A stretch of 36,304 nt of DNA from a virus (Duplodnaviria > Heunggongvirae > Uroviricota > Caudoviricetes), in IMG/VR virus record IMGVR_UViG_2512047041_000001. The stretch is one strand, 5' to 3'. The notes below the pieces were generated by a model. The model was not told the DNA's origin and searched no databases. It saw only the letters and a program-made list of their open reading frames with translations. Made by a program: the position numbers and the translations under genes. Below are positions 22,345-31,483 of the stretch, one piece after another. Position 1 is the stretch's first letter. Every line of letters starts with the position of its first letter.

Positions 22345-24877
22345 TTTAAGTCTGGATGCGGCCAGATTTGACGAGCAGATGGCCAGAGTCAGGCGTCATT
22401 TTTCCGGTACGGAAAGTGATGCGAAAAAAACAGCGGCAGTCGTTGAACAGTCAATGAACCGGCAGGCGCTGGCTGCACAGAAAGCGGGGATTTCCGTCGG
22501 GCAGTATAAAGCTGCCATGCGTATGCTGCCTGCGCAGTTCACTGACGTGGCCACGCAGCTTGCAGGCGGGCAAAGTCCGTGGCTGATCCTGCTGCAACAG
22601 GGTGGTCAGGTGAAGGACTCCTTCGGCGGGATGATCCCCATGTTCAGGGGGCTTGCCGGTGCGATCACCCTGCCGATGGTCGGGGCCACCTCGCTGGCGG
22701 TGGCGACCGGTGCGCTGGCGTATGCCTGGTATCAGGGTGACTCAACCCTGTCCAATTTCAATAAAACGCTGGTCCTTTCCGGTAATCAGGCGGGACTGAC
22801 GGCAGATCGTATGCTGGCCCTGTCCAGATCCGGGCAGGCGGCAGGGCTGACGTTTAACCAGACCAGCGAGTCACTGACGGCGCTGGTGAATGCCGGTGTG
22901 CGTGGTGGTGAGCAGTTTGAGGCAATCAGCCAGAGTGTGGCGCGTTTCTCCTCTGCATCCGGCGTGGAGGTGGACAAGGTCGCTGAAGCCTTCGGGAAGC
23001 TGACCACTGACCCGACGTCTGGGTTGACGGCGATGGCGCGCCAGTTCCATAACGTGACGGCGGAACAGATTGCGTATGTTGCTCAGTTGCAGCGTTCCGG
23101 CGATGGGGCCGGGGCATTGCAGGCGGCGAACGAGGCCGCAACGAAAGGGTTTGATGACCAGACCCGTAAACTGAAAGATAACATGGGTACGCTGGAGACC
23201 TGGGCAGACAAGACTGCACAGGTATTCAAATCCATGTGGGATGCGGTGCTGGATATTGGTCGCCCGGACTCCTCTGCAGATATGCTCGCCAAAGCTGAAA
23301 AGGCTTTTGATGAAGCGGATAAAAAATGGCAGTGGTATCAGAGCCGAAGCCACCGGCGCGGTAAAACGTCAGCATTTCTTGCCAATCTCCGGGGGGCATG
23401 GGAGAAGAGAGAGAATGCGCGACTTGGGCTTTCAGCCGCCACGTTGCAGGCAGATCTTGAAAAGGCCAGTGAGATGGCAGCAAAAGATCGGGCCGAGTCT
23501 GAGGCATCACGGCTGAAATATACCGAAGAGGCGCAGAAGGCTTACGAACGCCTGCAGACACCGCTGGAGAAATATACCGCCCGCCAGGAGGAACTGAATA
23601 AGGCACTGAAAGACGGAAAAATCCTGCAGGCAGATTACAACACGCTGATGGCGGCGGCGAAAAAGGACTATGAAGCGACGCTGAAAAAGCCGAAGCAGTC
23701 CGGCGTGAAAGTGTCTGCGGGCGATCGTCAGGAAGACAGTGCTCATGCTGCCCTGCTGACGCTTCAGGCAGAACTCCGGACACTGGAGAAGCATGCCGGA
23801 GCGAATGAGAAAATCAGCCAGCAGCGCCGGGATTTGTGGAAGGCGGAAAGTCAGTTCGCGGTACTGGAGGAGGCGGCGCAACGTCGCCAGCTGTCCGCAC
23901 AGGAGAAATCCCTGCTGGCGCATAAAGATGAGACGCTGGAGTACAAACGCCAGCTGGCTGCACTTGGCGACAAGGTCACGTATCAGGAGCACCTGAACGC
24001 GCTGGCGCAGCAGGCGGATAAATTCGCACAGCAGCAACGGGCAAAACGGGCAGCCATTGAGGCGAAAAACCGGGGGCTGACTGACCGGCAGGCAGCGCGG
24101 GACGCCACGGAACAGCGCCTGAAGGAACAGTATGGCGATAATCCGCTGGCGCTGAATAGCGTCATGTCAGAGCAGAAAAAGACCTGGGCGGCTGAAGACC
24201 AGCTTCGCGGGAGCTGGATGGCAGGCCTCAGGTCAGGCTGGAGTGAGTGGGAAGAGAGCGCCACGGACAGTATGTCGCAGGTTAAAAGTGCAGCCACGCA
24301 GACCTTTGATGGTATTGCACAGAATATGGCGGCGATGCTGACCGGCAGTGAACAGAACTGGCGCAGCTTCACCCGTTCCGTGCTGTCCATGATGACAGAA
24401 ATTCTGCTTAAGCAGGCAATGGTGGGGATCGTCGGGAGTGTCGGCAGTGTCATTGGCGGTGCATCAGCGTCAGGCGGTACAGCCATTCAGGCATCTGCGG
24501 CGAAATTCCATTTTGCGACCGGAGGATTTACGGGAACCGGCGGCAAATATGAGCCAGCGGGGATTGTTCACCGTGGTGAATTTGTCTTCACGAAGGAGGC
24601 AACCAGCCGGATTGGCGTGGGGAATCTTTACCGGCTTATGCGCGGCTATGCCACCGGCGGTTATGTCGGTACACCGGGCAGCATGGCGGACAGTCGGTCG
24701 CAGGCGTCCGGGACGTTTGAGCAGAATAACCATGTGGTGATTAACAACGACGGCACGAACGGTCAGATAGGGCCACAGGCGCTGAAGGCTGTTTATGACG
24801 TAGCCCGTAAGGCGGCAATGGATGTTGTGACCGGGCAGATGCGTGATGGTGGTCTGTTCTCCGGAGGTGGACGATGA
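22313..24877 (+). CDS. H: Tail tape measure protein H
   Basis: 854 aa, lambda gpH length and position. Confidence 0.9.
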   Translation: MAAPVGDLVVDLSLDAARFDEQMARVRRHFSGTESDAKKTAAVVEQSMNRQALAAQKAGISVGQYKAAMRMLPAQFTDVATQLAGGQSPWLILLQQGGQVKDSFGGMIPMFRGLAGAITLPMVGATSLAVATGALAYAWYQGDSTLSNFNKTLVLSGNQAGLTADRMLALSRSGQAAGLTFNQTSESLTALVNAGVRGGEQFEAISQSVARFSSASGVEVDKVAEAFGKLTTDPTSGLTAMARQFHNVTAEQIAYVAQLQRSGDGAGALQAANEAATKGFDDQTRKLKDNMGTLETWADKTAQVFKSMWDAVLDIGRPDSSADMLAKAEKAFDEADKKWQWYQSRSHRRGKTSAFLANLRGAWEKRENARLGLSAATLQADLEKASEMAAKDRAESEASRLKYTEEAQKAYERLQTPLEKYTARQEELNKALKDGKILQADYNTLMAAAKKDYEATLKKPKQSGVKVSAGDRQEDSAHAALLTLQAELRTLEKHAGANEKISQQRRDLWKAESQFAVLEEAAQRRQLSAQEKSLLAHKDETLEYKRQLAALGDKVTYQEHLNALAQQADKFAQQQRAKRAAIEAKNRGLTDRQAARDATEQRLKEQYGDNPLALNSVMSEQKKTWAAEDQLRGSWMAGLRSGWSEWEESATDSMSQVKSAATQTFDGIAQNMAAMLTGSEQNWRSFTRSVLSMMTEILLKQAMVGIVGSVGSVIGGASASGGTAIQASAAKFHFATGGFTGTGGKYEPAGIVHRGEFVFTKEATSRIGVGNLYRLMRGYATGGYVGTPGSMADSRSQASGTFEQNNHVVINNDGTNGQIGPQALKAVYDVARKAAMDVVTGQMRDGGLFSGGGR

Positions 24878-25203
24878 AAACCTTCCGCTGGAAAGTGAAA
24901 CCCGGTATGGATGTGGCTTCGGCCCCTTCTGTAAGAAAGGTGCGCTTTGGTGATGGCTATTCCCAGCGAGCGCCTGCCGGGCTGAATGCCAACCTGAAAA
25001 CGTACAGCGTGACGCTTTCTGTTCCCCGTTGGGAGGCCGCGGCGCTGGAGTCGTTTCTGGAAGAGCACGGGGGCTGGAAAGCCTTTCTGTGGACGCCGCC
25101 TTATGAGTGGCGGCAGATAAAGGTGACCTGCGCAAAATGGTCGTCGCGGGTCAGTATGCTGCGTGTTGAGTTCAGCGCAGAGTTTGAACAGGTGGTGAAC
25201 TGA
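24874..25203 (+). CDS. M: Minor tail protein M
   Basis: 109 aa, lambda gpM length and position. Confidence 0.9.
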   Translation: MKTFRWKVKPGMDVASAPSVRKVRFGDGYSQRAPAGLNANLKTYSVTLSVPRWEAAALESFLEEHGGWKAFLWTPPYEWRQIKVTCAKWSSRVSMLRVEFSAEFEQVVN

Positions 25204-25901
25204 TGCAGGATATCCGGCAGGAAACACTGAATGAATGCACCCGTGCGGAGCAGTCGGCCAGCGTGGTGCTCTGGGAAATCGACCTGACAGAGGTCGGTGG
25301 AGAACGTTATTTTTTCTGTAATGAGCAGAACGAAAAAGGTGAGCCGGTCACCTGGCAGGGGCGACAGTATCAGCCGTATCCCATTCAGGGGAGTGGTTTT
25401 GAACTGAATGGCAAAGGCACCAGTACGCGCCCCACGCTGACGGTTTCTAACCTGTACGGTATGGTCACCGGGATGGTGGAAGATCTGCAGAGTCTGGTCG
25501 GCGGAACGGTGGTCAGGCGTAAGGTTTACGCCCGTTTTCTGGATGCGGTGAATTTCGTCAACGGAAACAGCGATGCCGATCCGGAGCAGGAGGTGATCAG
25601 CCGCTGGCGCGTCGAGCAGTGCAGCGAACTGAGCGCGGTCAGTGCCTCCTTTGTGTTGTCCACGCCGACGGAAACGGATGGTGCTGTTTTTCCGGGGCGC
25701 ATCATGCTGGCCAACACCTGCACCTGGACCTATCGCGGTGATGAGTGCGGTTATAGCGGTCCGGCGGTCGCGGATGAATATGACCAGCCGACGTCCGATA
25801 TCACGAAGGATAAATGCAGCAAATGCCTGAGCGGCTGTAAGTTTCGCAATAACGTCGGCAACTTTGGCGGCTTCCTTTCCATTAACAAACTTTCGCAGTA
25901 A
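25203..25901 (+). CDS. L: Minor tail protein L
   Basis: 232 aa, lambda gpL length and position; Cys cluster near the C-terminus. Confidence 0.9.
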   Translation: MQDIRQETLNECTRAEQSASVVLWEIDLTEVGGERYFFCNEQNEKGEPVTWQGRQYQPYPIQGSGFELNGKGTSTRPTLTVSNLYGMVTGMVEDLQSLVGGTVVRRKVYARFLDAVNFVNGNSDADPEQEVISRWRVEQCSELSAVSASFVLSTPTETDGAVFPGRIMLANTCTWTYRGDECGYSGPAVADEYDQPTSDITKDKCSKCLSGCKFRNNVGNFGGFLSINKLSQ

Positions 25902-25905
25902 TCCC

Positions 25906-26649
25906 ATGACAGAGACAGAATCAGCGATTCTGGCGCACGCCCTGCGATGTGCGCCAGCGGAGTCGTGCGGCTTCGTGGTGAGAGCGCCGGAGGGGGAAAG
26001 ATATTTTCCCTGCGTGAATATTTCCGGTGAGCCGGAGGATTATTTCCGGATGGCTCCGGAGGACTGGCTGCAGGCAGAGATGCAGGGTGAGATTGTGGCA
26101 CTGGTCCACAGTCATCCCGGTGGTCTGCCCTGGCTGAGTGAGGCTGACCGGCGGCTGCAGGTGCAGAGTGATTTGCCGTGGTGGCTGGTCTGCCGGGGGG
26201 CGATTCACAAGTTCCGCTGTGTGCCACATCTTACCGGGCGTCGCTTTGAGCACGGGGTGACGGACTGTTACACGCTGTTCCGGGATGCTTATCATCTGGC
26301 GGGGATTGAGATGCCGGATTTTCATCGCGGGGATGACTGGTGGCGTAACGGTCAGAATCTCTATCTTGGCAATATGGAGGCGACTGGTTTTTACCGTGTC
26401 GCACTGACAGAGGCGCAGCCTGGCGACGTGCTGCTGTGCTGCTTTGGTTCATCGGTGCCGAATCATGCCGCAATTTACTGCGGCGACGGCGAGCTGCTGC
26501 ACCATATTCCTGAACAACTGAGCAAACGAGAGAGGTATACCGACAAATGGCAGCGACGCACACACTCCCTCTGGCGTCACCGGGAATGGCACGCATCTGC
26601 CTTTACGGGGATTTGCAACGATTTGGCCGCCGCATCGACCTTCGTGTGA
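25906..26649 (+). CDS. K: Tail assembly protein K (MPN/JAMM-like plus NlpC/P60-like domains); lambda annotation would start at the internal ATG at 26050
   Basis: HSHPGG JAMM-type motif and a Cys/His hydrolase region; start chosen at the first ATG after the L stop. Confidence 0.8.
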   Translation: MTETESAILAHALRCAPAESCGFVVRAPEGERYFPCVNISGEPEDYFRMAPEDWLQAEMQGEIVALVHSHPGGLPWLSEADRRLQVQSDLPWWLVCRGAIHKFRCVPHLTGRRFEHGVTDCYTLFRDAYHLAGIEMPDFHRGDDWWRNGQNLYLGNMEATGFYRVALTEAQPGDVLLCCFGSSVPNHAAIYCGDGELLHHIPEQLSKRERYTDKWQRRTHSLWRHREWHASAFTGICNDLAAASTFV

Positions 26650-27218
26650 AAACGGGGGCTGAAGCCATCCGCGCACTGGCCACACAGCTCCCGGCGTTTC
26701 GTCAGAAACTGAGCGACGGCTGGTATCAGGTACGGATTGCCGGGCGGGACGTCAGCACGTCCGGATTAACGGCGCAGTTACATGAGACTCTGCCTGATGG
26801 CGCTGTGATTCATATTGTTCCCAGAGTCGCCGGGGCCAAGTCAGGTGGTGTATTCCAGATTGTCCTGGGAGCTGCCGCCATTGCCGGATCATTCTTTACT
26901 GCCGGAGCCACCCTTGCAGCATGGGGGGCAGCCATTGGGGCCGGTGGTATGACCGGCATCCTGTTTTCTCTCGGTGCCAGTATGGTGCTCGGTGGTGTGG
27001 CGCAGATGCTGGCACCGAAAGCCAGAACTCCCCGTACACAGACAACGGATAACGGCAAACAGAACACCTATTTTTCCTCACTGGATAACATGGTTGCTCA
27101 GGGCAATGTTCTGCCTGTTCTGTACGGTGAAATGCGTGTGGGGTCGCGGGTGGTTTCTCAGGAGATCAGCACGGCAGACGAAGGGGACGGTGGTCAGGTT
27201 GTGGTGATTGGTCGCTGA
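26547..27218 (+). CDS. I: Tail assembly protein I
   Basis: 223 aa, lambda gpI length; ubiquitin-like N-terminus and Gly/Ala-rich hydrophobic segment. Confidence 0.85.
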   Translation: MAATHTLPLASPGMARICLYGDLQRFGRRIDLRVKTGAEAIRALATQLPAFRQKLSDGWYQVRIAGRDVSTSGLTAQLHETLPDGAVIHIVPRVAGAKSGGVFQIVLGAAAIAGSFFTAGATLAAWGAAIGAGGMTGILFSLGASMVLGGVAQMLAPKARTPRTQTTDNGKQNTYFSSLDNMVAQGNVLPVLYGEMRVGSRVVSQEISTADEGDGGQVVVIGR

Positions 27219-27278
27219 TGCAAAATGTTTTATGTGAAACCGCCTCCGGGCGGTTTTGTCGTTTATGGAGCATGACGA

Positions 27279-30200
27279 ATGGGTACAGGCAGCAGTAAGG
27301 GGCATACCCCGCGCGAAGCGAAAGATAACCTGAAATCCACGCAGCTGTTGAGTGCGATTGATGCCATCAGCGAAGGGCCGATTGAAGGTCCGGTGGATGG
27401 ATTAAAAAGCGTGCTGCTGAACAGTACGCCGGTGCTGGACAGTGAGGGGAATACCAATATCTCCGGCGTCACGGTGGTGTTCCGGGCAGGTGAGCAGGAG
27501 CAGTCACCGCCGGAGGGATTTGAATCCTCCGGTTCCGAGACGGTGCTCGGTACGGAAGTGAAATATGAAACGCCGATCACCCGGACCATCACGTCGGCAA
27601 ACATCGACCGTCTGCGCTTTACCTTCGGTGTACAGGCACTGGTGGAAACCACCTCAAAGGGAGACAGGAATCCGTCGGAAGTCCGCCTGCTGGTTCAGAT
27701 ACAGCGTAACGGTGGCTGGGTGACGGAAAAAGACATCACCATTAAGGGCAAAACCACCTCGCAGTATCTGGCCTCGGTGGTGGTGGATAACCTGCCGCCG
27801 CGCCCGTTCAATATCCGGATGCGCAGGATGACGCCGGACAGCACCACAGACCAGCTGCAGAACAAAACGCTCTGGTCGTCATACACCGAGATCATCGATG
27901 TGAAACAGTGCTACCCGAACACGGCACTGGTCGGCGTACAGGTGGACTCGGAGCAGTTCGGCAGCCAGCAGGTGAGCCGTAATTATCATCTTCGCGGGCG
28001 CATTCTGCAGGTGCCGTCGAACTATAACCCGCAGACGCGACAATACAGCGGTATCTGGGACGGAACGTTAAAACCAGTATACAGCAACAACATGGCCTGG
28101 TGTCTGTGGGATATGCTGACCCACCCGCGCTACGGCATGGGGAAACGTCTTGGTGCGGCGGATGTGGACAAATGGGCGCTGTATGTCATCGGCCAGTACT
28201 GCGACCAGTCAGTGCCGGACGGCTTTGGCGGCACGGAGCCGCGCATCACCTGTAATGCGTACCTGACCACACAGCGCAAGGCGTGGGATGTGCTCAGTGA
28301 TTTCTGCTCGGCGATGCGCTGTATGCCGGTATGGAACGGGCAGACGCTGACGTTCGTGCAGGACCGACAGTCGGATAAGGTGTGGACCTATAACCGCAGT
28401 AATGTGGTGATGCCGGATGATGGCGCGCCGTTCCGCTACAGCTTCAGCGCCCTGAAGGACCGCCATAATGCCGTTGAGGTGAACTGGATTGACCCGGACA
28501 ACGGCTGGGAGACGGCGACAGAGCTTGTTGAAGATACGCAGGCCATTGCCCGTTACGGTCGTAATGTCACGAAGATGGATGCCTTTGGCTGTACCAGCCG
28601 GGGGCAGGCACACCGCGCCGGGCTGTGGCTGATTAAAACGGAACTGCTGGAAACGCAGACCGTGGATTTCAGCGTGGGCGCAGAAGGGCTTCGCCATGTG
28701 CCGGGCGATGTCATTGAAATCTGCGATGATGACTATGCCGGTATCAGCACCGGTGGTCGCGTGCTGGCGGTGAACAGCCAGACCCGGACGCTGACGCTCG
28801 ACCGTGAAATCACGCTGCCATCCTCCGGTACCACGCTGATAAGCCTGGTTGACGGAAGTGGCAATCCGGTCAGCGTGGAGGTTCAGTCCGTCACCGACGG
28901 CGTGAAGGTAAAAGTGAGCCGTGTTCCTGACGGTGTTGCTGAATACAGCGTATGGGGGCTGAAGCTGCCGACGCTGCGCCAGCGACTGTTCCGCTGCGTG
29001 AGTATCCGTGAGAACGACGACGGCACGTATGCCATCACCGCCGTGCAGCATGTGCCGGAAAAAGAGGCCATCGTGGATAACGGGGCGCACTTTGACGGCG
29101 AACAGAGTGGCACGGTGAATGGTGTCACGCCGCCAGCGGTGCAGCACCTGACCGCAGAAGTCACTGCAGACAGCGGGGAATATCAGGTGCTGGCGCGATG
29201 GGACACACCGAAGGTGGTGAAGGGCGTGAGCTTCCTGCTTCGCCTGACCGTGGCAGCGGATGACGGCAGTGAGCGGCTGGTCAGCACGGCCCGGACGACG
29301 GAAACCACATACCGCTTCACGCAACTGGCGCTGGGAAACTACAGGCTGACAGTCCGGGCGGCAAATGCCTGGGGGCAGCAGGGCGATCCGGCATCGGTAT
29401 CGTTCCGTATTGCCGCACCGGCAGCGCCGTCGCGGATTGAGCTGACGCCGGGCTATTTTCAGATAACCGCCACGCCCCATCTTGCCGTTTATGATCCGAC
29501 GGTACAGTTTGAGTTCTGGTTCTCGGAAAAGCGGATTGCGGATATCAGGCAGGTTGAAACCACAGCCCGCTATCTTGGCACGGCGCTGTACTGGATAGCT
29601 GCCAGTATCAATATCAAACCGGGCCATGATTATTATTTTTACATCCGCAGTGTGAACACCGTTGGCAAATCGGCATTTGTGGAGGCTGTTGGCCAGCCGA
29701 GTGATGATGCATCCGGCTATCTGGATTTTTTCAAAGGCGAGATAGGGAAAAGCCATCTGGCTCAGGAGCTGTGGACGCAGATTGATAACGGTCAGCTTGC
29801 GCCTGACCTGGCTGAAATCAGGACGTCCATTACGGATGTCAGCAATGAAATCACGCAGACCGTCAATAAGAAACTGGAAGACCAGAGTGCGGCAATTCAG
29901 CAGATACAGAAGGTTCAGGTTGATACAAATAATAACCTGAACAGCATGTGGGCTGTGAAGCTGCAGCAGATGCAGGACGGACGCCTTTATATCGCGGGTA
30001 TTGGTGCCGGTATTGAGAACACCCCTGACGGCATGCAGAGTCAGGTGCTGCTGGCGGCGGACAGGATTGCGATGGTTAATCCTGCGAATGGCAACACAAA
30101 GCCGATGTTTGTTGGTCAGGGCGATCAGATATTCATGAACGAAGTGTTCCTGAAATATCTGACGGCTCCCACCATTACCAGCGGCGGTAATCCTCCGGCA

Positions 30201-30758
30201 TTTTCCCTGACACCGGACGGGCGGCTGACGGCGAAAAATGCCGATATCAGCGGTAACGTGAATGCGAACTCCGGGACGCTCAACAACGTCACGATTAACG
30301 AGAACTGCCGGGTTCTGGGAAAACTGTCCGCGAACCAGATTGAAGGCGATCTCGTTAAAACAGTGGGTAAAGCTTTCCCCCGGGACTCCCGTGCACCGGA
30401 ACGGTGGCCATCAGGGACCATTACCGTCAGGATTTATGACGATCAGCCGTTTGACCGGCAGATTGTTATTCCGGCGGTGGCATTCAGCGGCGCTAAACAT
30501 GAGAGAGAGCATACTGATATTTACTCCTCATGCCGTCTGATAGTGCGGAAAAACGGTGCTGAAATTTATAACCGTACCGCGCTGGATAATACGCTGATTT
30601 ACAGTGGCGTTATTGATATGCCTGCCGGTCACGGTCACATGACGCTGGAGTTTTCGGTGTCAGCATGGCTGGTAAATGACTGGTATCCCACAGCAAGTAT
30701 CAGCGATTTGCTGGTTGTGGTGATGAAGAAAGCCACCGCAGGCATCAGTATCAGCTGA
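27279..30758 (+). CDS. J: Central tail fibre / host specificity protein J
   Basis: 1159 aa, lambda gpJ-like architecture and position. Confidence 0.9.
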   Translation: MGTGSSKGHTPREAKDNLKSTQLLSAIDAISEGPIEGPVDGLKSVLLNSTPVLDSEGNTNISGVTVVFRAGEQEQSPPEGFESSGSETVLGTEVKYETPITRTITSANIDRLRFTFGVQALVETTSKGDRNPSEVRLLVQIQRNGGWVTEKDITIKGKTTSQYLASVVVDNLPPRPFNIRMRRMTPDSTTDQLQNKTLWSSYTEIIDVKQCYPNTALVGVQVDSEQFGSQQVSRNYHLRGRILQVPSNYNPQTRQYSGIWDGTLKPVYSNNMAWCLWDMLTHPRYGMGKRLGAADVDKWALYVIGQYCDQSVPDGFGGTEPRITCNAYLTTQRKAWDVLSDFCSAMRCMPVWNGQTLTFVQDRQSDKVWTYNRSNVVMPDDGAPFRYSFSALKDRHNAVEVNWIDPDNGWETATELVEDTQAIARYGRNVTKMDAFGCTSRGQAHRAGLWLIKTELLETQTVDFSVGAEGLRHVPGDVIEICDDDYAGISTGGRVLAVNSQTRTLTLDREITLPSSGTTLISLVDGSGNPVSVEVQSVTDGVKVKVSRVPDGVAEYSVWGLKLPTLRQRLFRCVSIRENDDGTYAITAVQHVPEKEAIVDNGAHFDGEQSGTVNGVTPPAVQHLTAEVTADSGEYQVLARWDTPKVVKGVSFLLRLTVAADDGSERLVSTARTTETTYRFTQLALGNYRLTVRAANAWGQQGDPASVSFRIAAPAAPSRIELTPGYFQITATPHLAVYDPTVQFEFWFSEKRIADIRQVETTARYLGTALYWIAASINIKPGHDYYFYIRSVNTVGKSAFVEAVGQPSDDASGYLDFFKGEIGKSHLAQELWTQIDNGQLAPDLAEIRTSITDVSNEITQTVNKKLEDQSAAIQQIQKVQVDTNNNLNSMWAVKLQQMQDGRLYIAGIGAGIENTPDGMQSQVLLAADRIAMVNPANGNTKPMFVGQGDQIFMNEVFLKYLTAPTITSGGNPPAFSLTPDGRLTAKNADISGNVNANSGTLNNVTINENCRVLGKLSANQIEGDLVKTVGKAFPRDSRAPERWPSGTITVRIYDDQPFDRQIVIPAVAFSGAKHEREHTDIYSSCRLIVRKNGAEIYNRTALDNTLIYSGVIDMPAGHGHMTLEFSVSAWLVNDWYPTASISDLLVVVMKKATAGISIS

Positions 30759-30777
30759 ATTTTATAACCCCAATACG

Positions 30778-30803
30778 GGCGTCAGAAATGACGCCTTTTT
30801 TAT
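30778..30803 (+). terminator. Rho-independent terminator after J (GGGCGTCA-loop-TGACGCC then T6)
   Basis: Hairpin and T-tract read directly. Confidence 0.55.
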
Positions 30804-30825
30804 TGCAGAAAAGCGAGAGGTAATT

Positions 30826-31425
30826 ATGCGTAAATTATGTGCTGTTATTCTGTCCGCAGTAGTCTGGCTGGTTGCCGCTGGTACGCCAGCGAGCGCAGCA
30901 GAGCATCAGTCCACACTAAGCGCCGGGTATCTTCAGACCCATACTGATATGCCAGGCAGTGATGACCTGAAGGGCATTAACGTGAAATACCGTTATGAAT
31001 TTACGGACACGCTGGGGCTGGTGACGTCATTCAGTTATGCCAATGCCAAAGATGAGCAAAAAACGCATTACAGCGATACCCGCTGGCATGAAGATTCCGT
31101 GCGTAACCGCTGGTTCAGCATGATGGCGGGGCCATCTGTACGCGTGAATGAATGGTTCAGTGCTTATGCGATGGCAGGTGTGGCTTACAGCCGTGTTTCG
31201 ACGTTCTCCGGGGATTATCTCCGCGTAACTGACAACAAGGGGAAAACGCACGATGTGCTGACCGGAAGTGATGACGATCGCCACAGCAACACGTCTCTGG
31301 CGTGGGGAGCTGGCGTGCAGTTTAACCCGACCGAATCCGTGGCCATTGATATTGCTTATGAAGGCTCCGGCAGTGGCGACTGGCGCACTGACGGTTTCAT
31401 CGTGGGTGTCGGTTATAAGTTCTGA
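30826..31425 (+). CDS. lom: Lom outer-membrane beta-barrel protein (Ail/Lom/OmpX family)
   Basis: 199 aa with signal peptide and C-terminal aromatic residue (GYKF); matches remembered lambda Lom. Confidence 0.85.
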   Translation: MRKLCAVILSAVVWLVAAGTPASAAEHQSTLSAGYLQTHTDMPGSDDLKGINVKYRYEFTDTLGLVTSFSYANAKDEQKTHYSDTRWHEDSVRNRWFSMMAGPSVRVNEWFSAYAMAGVAYSRVSTFSGDYLRVTDNKGKTHDVLTGSDDDRHSNTSLAWGAGVQFNPTESVAIDIAYEGSGSGDWRTDGFIVGVGYKF

Positions 31426-31453
31426 TTAGCCAGGTAACACAGTGTTATGACAG

Positions 31454-31479
31454 CCCGCCGGTTCAGGCGGGCTTTTTTG
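31454..31479 (+). terminator. Rho-independent terminator after lom (GCCCGCC-loop-GGCGGGC then T6)
   Basis: Hairpin and T-tract read directly. Confidence 0.55.
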
Positions 31480-31483
31480 TGGA

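Noticed and set aside
22786-25227. Multiple minus-strand and alternative-frame ORFs within H and M (up to 221 aa)
   Set aside because: Embedded in the tape measure gene; compositionally biased translations with no independent support.
25101-26325. 268-aa and 134-aa minus-strand ORFs, and the 158-aa minus-strand ORF 25751-26227, overlapping L and K
   Set aside because: Antisense to conserved tail genes; Pro/Arg/Ala-rich low-complexity translations.
28209-29756. 515-aa ORF on the minus strand inside J
   Set aside because: Antisense to a well-supported, lambda-like host specificity gene; long open antisense frames are expected in GC-rich, codon-biased coding DNA, and the translation is Arg/Cys/His-rich with no protein-like features.
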